Source: an uncultured Opitutus sp. (GTDB lineage: Bacteria > Verrucomicrobiota > Verrucomicrobiia > Opitutales > Opitutaceae). From it: a stretch of 64,000 nucleotides of DNA. Below the pieces are notes generated by a model that saw nothing but the letters and a program-made list of their open reading frames with translations, was not told the origin of the DNA and made no database searches. Position numbers and translations under genes: made by a program. The stretch lies in the NCBI GenBank assembly GCA_966252355.1, contig CBINOT010000001.1:724-64723 (forward strand), given 5' to 3'. Each line of letters begins with the position of its first letter. The first letter of the stretch is position 1. Below are positions 49,978 through 59,075 of the stretch, in pieces.

Positions 49978-50152
49978 AGGCGAGGAGGTTGGAATCTGGA
50001 GCACTTAGTTATGGTAAAATAGCTTTTATAGCGTCAACGACGAAAACGGCAATTAGATTTTACAATGGGTTGCGATTGGTGTCCTAGCACGACGCCGCCA
50101 TGGCACCGACGACGACCTTGCTCTCGCTCGTGCGAAATTATTGGCTGCCGTC

Positions 50153-51019
50153 ATGCGTGTCAGCCGCATCGTCATCGTCATCAACCAGGGCAAGGCCCAC
50201 GCCCGGCGCACCGCCGAGGCATTGAAGGAGCTCTTCGACGCCCATGGCGTCACGCAGGACTGGCGCGACGCCTTGATGCCCACCAAGGGGCGGTCGCATC
50301 AACTCAACGATCTCCGTCACACCGACGCCGACCTGATCGTCGCTTGCGGCGGCGACGGCACGTTGCTCCAGACCGCCCACCGCGCCCGCGGCTCCGGGGT
50401 GCCGATTCTGGGCATCAATATCGGCTACCTGGGCTTCATCACCTCGGTGCCAGGCAACAAGGTCCGCTCCGCCATGCGGCGGATTCTCGACGCCGACTTT
50501 GTCGTCAGCCGCCGGACCACCCTCGACGTGGACGTCGAAACGAGCGGCAAATCCGCGCCGGGTTGGGCGTTGAACGATGTCGTGATCGGCCGCGGACCTA
50601 ATCCGCATCTCATCGCCTTGGAAGCCCGTATCGGACCGCGCCCGCTTACGCGCTACCGCTGCGACGGGCTGATCGTCGCGACGCCCACGGGATCGACCGC
50701 TTACTCGCTCGCGGCGGGCGGGCCGATCGTGAGCCCGGAGTGCAATGTGCTCATCGTTACGCCGATTTGCCCGCATGCGCTCACCAACCGGCCGCTGGTG
50801 ATCAATTCGACGGAGACCGTCGAATTTCGGCTCGCGCGCGGCTCCGGCGAGGGGCTCGTGCAGGTCGACGGCATGCCGATCTCCAAGGTGGAGGCGGCGA
50901 GCGTCATTCGGGTGAAGACCTCGGCGGACACCGTGCCGATCGCCTTCCTGCCCGAGATCAATTACTACGATGTTCTCGGCGAGAAACTCGGGTGGACCGG
51001 CGACGGCTTGAAGGGTTGA
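50153..51019 (+). CDS. nadK: NAD kinase
   Basis: GGDGTLL, GINIGYLGF, LNDVVI, DGLIVATPTGSTAYSLAAGGP. Confidence 0.96.
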   Translation: MRVSRIVIVINQGKAHARRTAEALKELFDAHGVTQDWRDALMPTKGRSHQLNDLRHTDADLIVACGGDGTLLQTAHRARGSGVPILGINIGYLGFITSVPGNKVRSAMRRILDADFVVSRRTTLDVDVETSGKSAPGWALNDVVIGRGPNPHLIALEARIGPRPLTRYRCDGLIVATPTGSTAYSLAAGGPIVSPECNVLIVTPICPHALTNRPLVINSTETVEFRLARGSGEGLVQVDGMPISKVEAASVIRVKTSADTVPIAFLPEINYYDVLGEKLGWTGDGLKG

Positions 51020-51023
51020 GCCG

Positions 51024-52652
51024 ATGAGCACGCTGCTCTTTCCCGGGCGACATCTGGTCAACACGCGCTTTCAACAAGAGTATCTCCGCCAGTTGATCGG
51101 TCGCCGGCCGGCGGAAATCCCGGATTGGCGAGGCCGCGGCGCGAGACCGGCGACGCCGATCGATCGCGTGGTGTTCGCCATCACGTCATCGAACCAGGAT
51201 GCGTCGCGCTTCAATCCCGTGCCGTTTCACATTCGCGCGATCGGCGTCGATCGCTTCGCGCGGGAGCTCGCGGCGACGGCTCCGTTTACCTACCGCATCG
51301 TCGGCGTCCCGCATTACGGGCATACGCCGAACTTCGCGGCGTTCACCTTGAAGGAGATCGCGGGGCAGACGGAGAACCTCGAGCGGCTCACGCCCGAAAA
51401 CACGGTGGTGCTGTGCTCCACGCCGGAGGTCCTTCGGCTGTACGAAGAGCTCGGGTATGGCATCGCCCCGGCCGAGCTGGCGGTGACGCCGCCACCGGCC
51501 ACGCCAATCGATCTCGTGCGGGCGATCGCGGACGCCGGCGCGCGCTGGCCCGAACAGCCGCTCGTCGCGGCGCAACTGGCGCCCGCCACCCGGACGCTCT
51601 TGCACGATTTTCCGGAGGTGCCCGAGCGCATCGGCCGGATTTATCGCGACCCGCTCACGAATCAGGAAGGCAGTCTCACCGAGCGGCGGAACTACAACAC
51701 GTATGCGCGCGGGATGAACGCGATCCTTCGCCTCAAATATCTCGATATCCGCGACGCCATTCGCCCGGGACGGATCGTCGACGAGGGGTGTGCGGACGGC
51801 GGCTTGCTGGCGGAAGCCGCGCAGGATTTTCGGGATTCGGATCTCTATGGCATCGATTTATCGGCGGAATTCGCGGCGCGCTTTCAGGAACGGAAGCGCG
51901 CCGGGGATTTCGGCGACGTCTATACCTGTTTCTATCTGCGCAATCTGCTGGATCCGATTTTCGAGGCGGAGTCCGTCGACACGACGATCTGCAATAGCAC
52001 GCTGCACGAGCTCTGGAGCTATGCGGAGCAGGAGAAGACGGTGCGGGGGTATCTTGGGATGAAGCTCGCCCAGCTGCGGCCGGGCGGCCGTCTGATCGTG
52101 CGTGACGTGGTCGGGCCGGAAAACGGTGACATGCTCGTGGCGTTGCACTGCGCGGCCGACGACGGGATGGCACTCGCGCCGCAGGATGTGCCGTCGGATC
52201 GACCGGCGAGTGTGCTCGAGCAATTGTCGACCCGCAGCCGTTTCCTGTTGTTCGCCGCCGACTTTCTTGCCGACCAGCGGATTCGCGGGCGGCGGGGTGA
52301 CGACGCCCGGGTGCAGTTCGAGGAGCGCGACGGACGATTTTATCTCTCGTTACGCGCCGCGGCGGAGTTTCTCTCGAAGAAGGACTATGTGGACAACTGG
52401 CGTTCGGAGATGAACGAGGAATTTTGTTTCTGGAGTTTTACGCGCTGGAAGCAGGTCCTCGGCGAAGTCGGCTTCCGCGTCATCGACGCGGCGCCGAACA
52501 TTCCGTGCGGCTCGCGGGTGTACGCGAATCCTTGGATCGTCGAGCAACGCTATCGCGGTCGCGTGCAGCTCGCGTCGGCGACCGCACCCGAACGAGCGAT
52601 CGACTTTCCGCCGACGAACATGGTGCTCGTCGCGGAAAAGCCGGAGCGGTAA
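51024..52652 (+). CDS. Nucleotidyltransferase-like N-terminus fused to a class I SAM methyltransferase
   Basis: N-terminal LFPGRH...TSSNQ...FNPVPFHIR recalls NadM/HIGH-fold motifs. C-terminal IVDEGCADG, YGIDLS, CNSTLHEL and LRPGGRLIVRD are class I methyltransferase motifs. Confidence 0.7.
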   Translation: MSTLLFPGRHLVNTRFQQEYLRQLIGRRPAEIPDWRGRGARPATPIDRVVFAITSSNQDASRFNPVPFHIRAIGVDRFARELAATAPFTYRIVGVPHYGHTPNFAAFTLKEIAGQTENLERLTPENTVVLCSTPEVLRLYEELGYGIAPAELAVTPPPATPIDLVRAIADAGARWPEQPLVAAQLAPATRTLLHDFPEVPERIGRIYRDPLTNQEGSLTERRNYNTYARGMNAILRLKYLDIRDAIRPGRIVDEGCADGGLLAEAAQDFRDSDLYGIDLSAEFAARFQERKRAGDFGDVYTCFYLRNLLDPIFEAESVDTTICNSTLHELWSYAEQEKTVRGYLGMKLAQLRPGGRLIVRDVVGPENGDMLVALHCAADDGMALAPQDVPSDRPASVLEQLSTRSRFLLFAADFLADQRIRGRRGDDARVQFEERDGRFYLSLRAAAEFLSKKDYVDNWRSEMNEEFCFWSFTRWKQVLGEVGFRVIDAAPNIPCGSRVYANPWIVEQRYRGRVQLASATAPERAIDFPPTNMVLVAEKPER

Positions 52653-52679
52653 CCGCTCGGCTTCGGACGTCCGGCTCGG

Positions 52680-53222
52680 CTACGGTCGCACGGACAGATA
52701 CTGCGGCGGCACCTGCTCCGTCAGCCAGACGCCGTTGGCCGAGCGGAAAAACCGATGTCCGTCCGCGTGCATTCGCTCCGCCGCAACGTCGAACACGACC
52801 GGTCGACCGTGGCGCCGGCCGACCTCGACGGCCACGGCGTAATCGGCCGAGAGATGCACATGGTGGCGGTTGCCGCGTACGAGACCTCGGGTGCGGATGG
52901 AGTCGAGAAACCGATCCGCGGTCCCGTGGTAGAGGATATCCGGCGGAGTGACTGGCTCGTAGGCGAGGTCGACGTCGACCGAATGGCCCTGATTGGCGCG
53001 GATGCGCTGGCGATCTTCGCTGAAGGCGAATCGCTGCTTGTCGCTTTCGGCGACGAGGCGCTCGAGCAACGGCCGCGTGAGCGAAACGCCCGCTGCGTTG
53101 CAACCGCGGAGCAGCGCCTCCACCTCGACCCAACCCGACGCATCCAGCGTGAGGCCGGCTTTCTCCGGCTGGTGCCGAAGCACGAGACTGAGGAATTTAC
53201 TGAGACGAACGTGATCGGACAT
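52680..53222 (-). CDS. kptA: RNA 2'-phosphotransferase Tpt1/KptA
   Basis: SKFLSLVLRH.P...GL.LD..GW, DKQRF, IRANQGHS, LYHGT, HVHLS, NGVWLT; start is ATG 53222. Confidence 0.96.
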   Translation of the reverse strand: MSDHVRLSKFLSLVLRHQPEKAGLTLDASGWVEVEALLRGCNAAGVSLTRPLLERLVAESDKQRFAFSEDRQRIRANQGHSVDVDLAYEPVTPPDILYHGTADRFLDSIRTRGLVRGNRHHVHLSADYAVAVEVGRRHGRPVVFDVAAERMHADGHRFFRSANGVWLTEQVPPQYLSVRP

Positions 53223-53227
53223 GACGT

Positions 53228-53749
53228 TTAAGATTTCGTTTGGGGATCGAGAGCGGCGGCGTAAGCGGTCCAGACTGCGTCCGTGAAGCAGGAAACCCAG
53301 AGGTGTTGAATCGTATCGTCGGTTTCCAGGTGAGCACGAAGGGTGCGCACTGCGACCTGCGCCGCGTCCGTGATAGGATACCCATAGACGCCGCAACTGA
53401 TCGCAGGAAACGCGATGGTTTTGATGTCGTGCTGCGCGGCCAAGCGAAGGCTCTGGCGATAGCAGGACGCGAGCAATTCGGGCTCGTTTTGGGATCCACC
53501 GCGCCACACCGGACCGACGGTGTGAATGACCCATCGCGCAGGCAGACGATAACCGCGGGTAATCTTCGCTTCGCCGGTTTTGCACCCGCCCAGGGTTCGG
53601 CACTCCGCCAATAATTCAGGACCGGCGGCCCGGTGAATGGCACCGTCAACACCACCGCCGCCGAGCAGCGAGGAGTTGGCTGCGTTCACGATCGCATCGA
53701 CCTGAAGGCGGGTGATGTCTTCGCGGGTGAGCTCGATCGTCGCTTTCAT
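53228..53749 (-). CDS. ymdB: MacroD-type macrodomain (O-acetyl-ADP-ribose deacetylase / ADP-ribosyl hydrolase)
   Basis: DIT...[46 protein letters not shown]. Confidence 0.96.
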   Translation of the reverse strand: MKATIELTREDITRLQVDAIVNAANSSLLGGGGVDGAIHRAAGPELLAECRTLGGCKTGEAKITRGYRLPARWVIHTVGPVWRGGSQNEPELLASCYRQSLRLAAQHDIKTIAFPAISCGVYGYPITDAAQVAVRTLRAHLETDDTIQHLWVSCFTDAVWTAYAAALDPQTKS

Positions 53750-54987
53750 GCCCCTTGTTCGTGCAGGTGGAGCTGCGAGCCGAGCGCGCCGTCGATGCGG
53801 ACGATTTTGTCCGGGTGCTGGTATTGCGCGACGAGATAGCGCGTCAGATCGACGTGCAGGCCACCGATGCCTTGCAGGAAGGCGAGTTGCTCGGCGTTGT
53901 CCGACCGGCGTTGTTCGAGCTCCAACGCGTGGCTACGCTCGCGTAAGGCGAGATCCTGTTCCGCGGCGTTGCGCGCGAGCTCGAGCTCCTGCGTCTTTTG
54001 GGTGCGCTCGAGGCGCAGCTTGGCCTCGGCGCCGAGGGCGTTCAATCGCGTCTGGTGGACGACGCGCTCCTGTTCGACGGCCTGACGCTCCTTTTCGCGC
54101 TCCGCGTCGCGCTGCTGCTTCATGTCGGCGAGATCCTGCGCCTGCTGCTCGGTTTCCGCTTCGAGCCGCAGCTTGGTCCGCGTTTCGATCGCATCGTCGT
54201 GCATCGTCTGCAGCGTCGGACTCGCCTGATAGCCGCGGTAAACGACCTTGCCGATGCGATAGCCGATCGCCGCCGCGCGCTTCACAAGCTGCGGGTAGGT
54301 TTCCAACGCGTTGAGCTTTTCCGTCTTTTCCTTGAAACGCTCGAATGGCTCCGTCGCGGCGAAGTCGATCACGTCCGCGGTCGCCGCATTGATGAAATCG
54401 GCGATCGGGTCGTGCGTTTGGTCGAGCATGCGTTCGATGTCGTCGAGTTCGAAGAACAGCATGAGCTTCACCGTGAGCAACGCATCGTCGGCCGTGCGCA
54501 CGCATTCGACGTCATAGTACATCTGATCGGGGATCACGCGCAGCTTATCGAATTGCAATGCGCTCGGCTGCTTGCGCCGGTGATCGCGCGGATCGGCTCC
54601 ATGCCAGCTGAAGTGGTGCAGCCACTCGTCCGGCGCCGGCATGAACAACGCCGGGCCGCGCTCGATCCGGCGGCTCACGCCGGCGGCGGTCGGACGGTAC
54701 ACGACGATCGCCTCGTTGGCATCGAGCTTGATGAGCGGCGCGACCCGGATGGTTTCGATGGTCACCGGATCGAGCCAGGCAGCCGACGGACCGCGTTGGT
54801 GCGCCGTGCGGCCGTCTTTGTGCGCGATTACGAGATAGTGGTCCGGGCCTGCGGTGTGGCGCTCGAGAGCCTGCACCGTTTCGCCGAAGAGCGCGAGGCG
54901 CCGCGGGCCGTCGACGAGCCGCGCGTCGCCGTTCCGGCCCCACACGAGCACGCGTTCACCTTGCGGAATGACAGTGAATCCGATCAT
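53746..54987 (-). CDS. Major-vault-protein-like / SPFH protein (three vault-like repeats, shoulder domain, coiled coil)
   Basis: Three repeats ending in GP ([22 protein letters not shown]); [22 protein letters not shown] and [14 protein letters not shown] resemble the MVP shoulder; long E/Q/R coil; start ATG 54987. Confidence 0.7.
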   Translation of the reverse strand: MIGFTVIPQGERVLVWGRNGDARLVDGPRRLALFGETVQALERHTAGPDHYLVIAHKDGRTAHQRGPSAAWLDPVTIETIRVAPLIKLDANEAIVVYRPTAAGVSRRIERGPALFMPAPDEWLHHFSWHGADPRDHRRKQPSALQFDKLRVIPDQMYYDVECVRTADDALLTVKLMLFFELDDIERMLDQTHDPIADFINAATADVIDFAATEPFERFKEKTEKLNALETYPQLVKRAAAIGYRIGKVVYRGYQASPTLQTMHDDAIETRTKLRLEAETEQQAQDLADMKQQRDAEREKERQAVEQERVVHQTRLNALGAEAKLRLERTQKTQELELARNAAEQDLALRERSHALELEQRRSDNAEQLAFLQGIGGLHVDLTRYLVAQYQHPDKIVRIDGALGSQLHLHEQGA

Positions 54988-54992
54988 GGCGT

Positions 54993-55844
54993 TTACCTGC
55001 GTTGAGTTTCTGCCGGACAGCCGGCGAATTGAGTTTGGAAGGCGCCGAGCACCGCGCTGCCGGGACTGCGATCGAAGATCGCGAACACAATCTCGCCAAA
55101 GACATCGTGAAAGCGCCCGCCGGCGAGCAACAGCTCCGCGAACACGCGGGCAACGAGAGCGGGATCGTTGCGAAACACGCCGCAGCCCCAGGCGCCGAGA
55201 ATCAGCCGCTCGATTTTCTCGGCGGCAGCGACGGCGAGAACTAGTTCCGCACGACGACGCAGCGTCGGCTCGATCGACGCGGCGTCGTCGGGCTGATTCT
55301 GGAGCACGGCGCCGGCATTTGGCGCCGGAGCGGTGACGATCGAGCAACAGGCGATGCGCTCGAGCAGAGTACCGTCGTCGGCGCGGAAGAACGGCACCGC
55401 CGGAGAAAAAATCGCGAGATCGAGGTACAGCGCCGACCGCTGGGCGCGGTTGCGTTCGTAGTAGCTGGGTTGAGTCAACAGACACGGGTAGAGCGCCGAC
55501 GAGCGCGCCAGCGCTTCTTCCTGGGCTTGAGCACCGCCGAGAAATCCACCGCCCGGATTCTTGGCCGAAGCGAAGTTGAGCGCGGCCAGGGCACCACCGC
55601 CGGCGCATTCCATCCGCACGATCGCCTCGCACGTCGTTTCCGCTGTCACGCTGATCTGCGTGGGGCCGGGTCGTCGCGACAAAGGGCGGTCGACCACGGC
55701 GAGGTCGTAAAGACGGGTTCCCGCTCTGGCCGCCGCGACGAGCGGCGCGAGCGAAAGAGTGGTGCCGCCGGGCGAACGATATTCGCCCGCCGCGATGATA
55801 CGCAGGGTTTCCTCCGCCAGGGCGGCTCGATCGTTTCGGGGCAT
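54993..55844 (-). CDS. TIGR02452/DUF2263 bacterial PARG-like macrodomain
   Basis: LNFASAKNPGGGFLGGAQAQEEALAR (PARG GGG-x6-QEE signature) and LILGAWGCGVFRNDP. Confidence 0.92.
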   Translation of the reverse strand: MPRNDRAALAEETLRIIAAGEYRSPGGTTLSLAPLVAAARAGTRLYDLAVVDRPLSRRPGPTQISVTAETTCEAIVRMECAGGGALAALNFASAKNPGGGFLGGAQAQEEALARSSALYPCLLTQPSYYERNRAQRSALYLDLAIFSPAVPFFRADDGTLLERIACCSIVTAPAPNAGAVLQNQPDDAASIEPTLRRRAELVLAVAAAEKIERLILGAWGCGVFRNDPALVARVFAELLLAGGRFHDVFGEIVFAIFDRSPGSAVLGAFQTQFAGCPAETQRR

Positions 55845-55880
55845 TGTGAGTGTCCTTTCGGTTCGGCTGTTATGCGCCGC

Positions 55881-56495
55881 TTAGGCGAGCAACGTGCTGT
55901 GGGTGATGGTCACCCCGGCGGTTTTCATTTCGGCGATGGCCTGCTTGGCGTCGCCGGGTCTGAGATTCACGCCGCGGCAGCCGTCCTCGATCAGATATGT
56001 GGCGAAGCCGAGGGCGCGCGCATCCAGCGCGGTGGCCTTCACGCAATAATCGGTGGCCAGCCCCAGGATAAAGACCTCGGTCACACCGTGCTGACGCAGG
56101 TAATCGCCGAGGCCCGTGGCTTTCTTGCGGCCGTTGTCGAAAAAGCCGCTGTAGCTGTCGATTTCCAGATCGGTGCCTTTCGGAAAGACGCGAGCGATGC
56201 GCTTGGTTTCAAGGCGCGGAGCAAACGCGGCGCCGGCGGTGTTTTGCACGCAATGCACCGGCCAAAGCACCTGCGGGAGTCCGCCAAGCTCGCCGAGTTC
56301 CCCCGACTTTCGGTGAGGGTGATTGGCCGCGAAACTGCCGTGATTCGCCGGGTGCCAGTCCTGGGTCGCGGCAATCAGCTCGAACGCGGTTTGCACGCGA
56401 TTAGCGACCGGCACCACGGCGTCCCCCTCCGGCACGGCCAGCGCGCCGCCCGGGAGGAAGTCGTTTTGGATATCGACGAGAACGAGCGCTTTCAT
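55881..56495 (-). CDS. pncA: Nicotinamidase/pyrazinamidase
   Basis: VDIQNDF, QDWHP, WPVHCVQ, KG...DSYSGF, GLATDYCV. Confidence 0.96.
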   Translation of the reverse strand: MKALVLVDIQNDFLPGGALAVPEGDAVVPVANRVQTAFELIAATQDWHPANHGSFAANHPHRKSGELGELGGLPQVLWPVHCVQNTAGAAFAPRLETKRIARVFPKGTDLEIDSYSGFFDNGRKKATGLGDYLRQHGVTEVFILGLATDYCVKATALDARALGFATYLIEDGCRGVNLRPGDAKQAIAEMKTAGVTITHSTLLA

Positions 56496-56500
56496 GCGGT

Positions 56501-57190
56501 TCAAAGTTCGAAGTTAAAGCCCGCTTTGTTCAGCCGGCGGTAAGTCGGCTCGTCGAAGCGATAGAGCCGCGCCGCGCGATGGGCCACGTCCTGCTGAATC
56601 TCTTCGGTGTCGGCGAGCAGGCCCATGCTCAGGATCTTCTTGCGGAAATTCCGCTTATCGAGCGGCTGCTCGAGGATGGTTTCATAGAGCCGCTGCAGCT
56701 CCGACAACGGGAACTTCTCCGGCAGCAGCTCGAAGCCGATCGGCTCGTAGCGAATCTTCCCTTTGAGCCGCCGGAGCGCGACCTCGAGAATCTCCTCGTG
56801 GTCGAAGGCAAGCTGGGGGAGATCGGCCACCGGGAACCACGCGACATTGCGCGCATCGCTGGCGGCCCGCACGGCATGATCCGCGAGCTTCACCAAGGCG
56901 TAGTAAGCGACGCTGATCACGCGCTCCCGCGGGTCGCGCTTCGGCTCGCCGAAGGTGTAGAGCTGCTCGAGGTAAAGCTTCGTGATGCCGGTCTCTTCCT
57001 CGAGCTCGCGCCGCGCGGCGTCTTCCAGGCTCTCGTTGATGTTCACGAACCCGCCGGGCAGCGCCCATTTTCCTTTGTAGGGCGCGAGATCGCGCTGGAT
57101 GAGCAAAACCTTCAGATCGGCGTCATCGTAGCCGAAGACGACGCCGTCAACCGTGACGGCGGGGTGCGGGTATTCGTAGGTGAAGGGCAT
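56501..57190 (-). CDS. nrtR: NrtR regulator (Nudix plus winged HTH)
   Basis: WALPGGFV...[44 protein letters not shown]; NAD-salvage context; start ATG 57190. Confidence 0.93.
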   Translation of the reverse strand: MPFTYEYPHPAVTVDGVVFGYDDADLKVLLIQRDLAPYKGKWALPGGFVNINESLEDAARRELEEETGITKLYLEQLYTFGEPKRDPRERVISVAYYALVKLADHAVRAASDARNVAWFPVADLPQLAFDHEEILEVALRRLKGKIRYEPIGFELLPEKFPLSELQRLYETILEQPLDKRNFRKKILSMGLLADTEEIQQDVAHRAARLYRFDEPTYRRLNKAGFNFEL

Positions 57191-57212
57191 AGCGGCGATT
57201 TTTCGACTACGG

Positions 57213-57231
57213 TGGTGTAAAAATAACACTA
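57213..57231. promoter_or_regulatory. NrtR-type operator 1
   Basis: TGGTGT-AAAAATA-ACACTA (GT-N7-AC palindrome) upstream of nrtR. Confidence 0.8.
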
Positions 57232-57241
57232 AGCAAGTCTA

Positions 57242-57260
57242 AAGTGTTCGAAGTACACTA
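57242..57260. promoter_or_regulatory. NrtR-type operator 2
   Basis: AAGTGT-TCGAAGT-ACACTA. Confidence 0.8.
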
Positions 57261-57309
57261 AGCCCGCGTTCGCTCAATGGAACTCGGCGATCACTTCGAT
57301 CGGGCCGAC

Positions 57310-57374
57310 GAGGTAGCGGCCATCGTCCCAATGGCCACGTTCGATTTGGCGTTCCGGACGACCGCCGCTACCTC
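57310..57374. repeat. Inverted pair of GTAG REP-like units (REPIN-like hairpin)
   Basis: GAGGTAGCGGCCATCGTCCCAATGGCC (57310-57336) versus the reverse complement of 57348-57374, GAGGTAGCGGCGGTCGTCCGGAACGCC. Each unit has an internal palindrome. Confidence 0.65.
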
Positions 57375-57422
57375 ATTCAACGTGCCCGATGCGTGCGCAT
57401 TCATGGCGTGGGGCGAGTGGCG

Positions 57423-58892
57423 TCAGCCCGCGACGGGCCGGTGCTGGAGGATGAGGTCCGTCTTCAATGCGGACAGGGCAGGCTCGAGGCCGACGGGATA
57501 TTCGTGCGGGTTCAGCAAACGCTTCGTGCCCGCATGGAGCATCGCCAGTTGCGCCTGTGTGCGCGCCCGGATGGCCGGGAGCGGCGGCTCGGCGTAGACG
57601 AGCGCGCCGCCGCGAAAAATCGGCACGAGCAGGTCTTCGCGGGTCGCCGTTGCCGGCATTTCCTTGCGCCGGGTCGGATTGTTCGGATCGACGATGACAC
57701 GCGCGGCGCTGGGTGCGGGCTCGTGGTAGATCATGTCGCCGATGAACTCGCCGTTGCGGGTGAACCGTGCCACTTGGAGGATTCCGGGGGTGGTGATCTT
57801 TGCCGCCTGCTCCGACAGCTTCACCTTGTACGCCCAGGGGCCGCCGGCGTCGCGGATGGCGCCGAGTTTGTAGACGCCGCCGAGCGCCGGTTGATCGAAC
57901 GCCGTGACGAGCTTCGTGCCGACGCCCCACAGGCCGATCTTCGCGCCCTGCTGTTTGAGGCTCGCGATGATGTGTTCGTCGAGGTCGTTGCTGGCGACGA
58001 TCACGGCGGCCGTGAAGCCGGCGGCATCGAGCAGGCGACGCGCTTCGATGCTCAAGTACGCCAGATCGCCCGAATCGAGCCGAATGCCGGCCAACTCATG
58101 GCCCTTGCTCCGCAACCAGCGGCCGACCTCGATCGCGTGCGCGACGCCGGCGAGCGTGTCGTAGGTGTCGACGAGAAACACGCAGTTGTTCGGCATGGCT
58201 TCCGCGTAGGCGCGGAACGCCGCGGCTTCGTCGTCGAACGACATGACCCAGCTATGCGCGTGCGTGCCTTTCACGGGGAGGCCGAAGATCTGTCCGGCGA
58301 GGACGTTCGAGGTGGCCGCGCAACCGCCGATGAAAGCGGCGCGGCTGGCGGCGAGCGCGCCGTCGACGCCCTGCGCGCGGCGCAAGCCGAACTCGAGCAC
58401 CGGTTCGCCCTGCGCCGCGAGGCAGACGCGCGCCGCCTTCGTGGCGACGAGTGTCTGGAAGTTGATCAGGTTGAGCAGCGCGGTTTCGACGATCTGCGCT
58501 TGGAGGATCGGGCCTTTGATGCGCAGCAGCGGCTCGTGGGCGAAAACAGCGGTGCCCTCGGGAATCGCATCCACGTCGCAGGTGAACGTGAAGTCCCGCA
58601 GATAATCGAGAAACGCGGCCTCGAAGAGCGGAGCGCCATCGTTGCCGGTCAAGGTGCCCAGATAAGCGAGATCGGCCTCGCTGAATTTCAGGTCGCGCAG
58701 CCACGCGATCGCGTCGCCCAGCCCGGCGGCGATCGTGTACCCGCTGCGAAACGGCGCTTGGCGAAAGAACAGATGGAAGACCGCTTCCTTTTCATGCATG
58801 CCGGTCCGCCAATAGCCGTACGCCATCGTCAGCTGGTAAAGATCGGTCAGCAAGGCCGACGCCCGGTAGCGAGGAGCAGTCGCGTCGTTCAT
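57423..58892 (-). CDS. pncB: Nicotinate phosphoribosyltransferase
   Basis: [64 protein letters not shown]. Confidence 0.97.
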   Translation of the reverse strand: MNDATAPRYRASALLTDLYQLTMAYGYWRTGMHEKEAVFHLFFRQAPFRSGYTIAAGLGDAIAWLRDLKFSEADLAYLGTLTGNDGAPLFEAAFLDYLRDFTFTCDVDAIPEGTAVFAHEPLLRIKGPILQAQIVETALLNLINFQTLVATKAARVCLAAQGEPVLEFGLRRAQGVDGALAASRAAFIGGCAATSNVLAGQIFGLPVKGTHAHSWVMSFDDEAAAFRAYAEAMPNNCVFLVDTYDTLAGVAHAIEVGRWLRSKGHELAGIRLDSGDLAYLSIEARRLLDAAGFTAAVIVASNDLDEHIIASLKQQGAKIGLWGVGTKLVTAFDQPALGGVYKLGAIRDAGGPWAYKVKLSEQAAKITTPGILQVARFTRNGEFIGDMIYHEPAPSAARVIVDPNNPTRRKEMPATATREDLLVPIFRGGALVYAEPPLPAIRARTQAQLAMLHAGTKRLLNPHEYPVGLEPALSALKTDLILQHRPVAG

Positions 58893-58894
58893 TA

Positions 58895-58913
58895 TAGTGT
58901 CGAAAAGACACTA
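58895..58913. promoter_or_regulatory. NrtR-type operator 3
   Basis: Perfect TAGTGT-CGAAAAG-ACACTA, 2 nt from the pncB start codon. Confidence 0.85.
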
Positions 58914-59075
58914 AGACTGGACGCTGTCAAACGAATGTTCCGGCTGCGGCCCGGTGACGGGGACGGCTCAACCCGCCCGAAGCTTGAAACAAATACGTAT
59001 TCGCCGCTGCCGCGGATATAACCGCTGGCGACAAAATCGGACGACGGATCCACGGCGCTCGTCGGCTGGCGAGAG

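Noticed and set aside
50010-50050. Sigma70-like promoter for the pilin operon (TTGACG on the minus strand)
   Set aside because: No convincing -10 hexamer at 16-18 bp spacing.
54988-55632. N-terminal 215 aa of the 628-aa ORF 53746..55632
   Set aside because: It overlaps the TIGR02452 gene in another frame. The real start is ATG 54987.
57270-57420. Short coding-like stretch (GHWDDGRYLVGPIEVIAEFH) between pncB and nrtR
   Set aside because: It has an in-frame stop upstream and no start, and the region is explained by the REP-like inverted pair.
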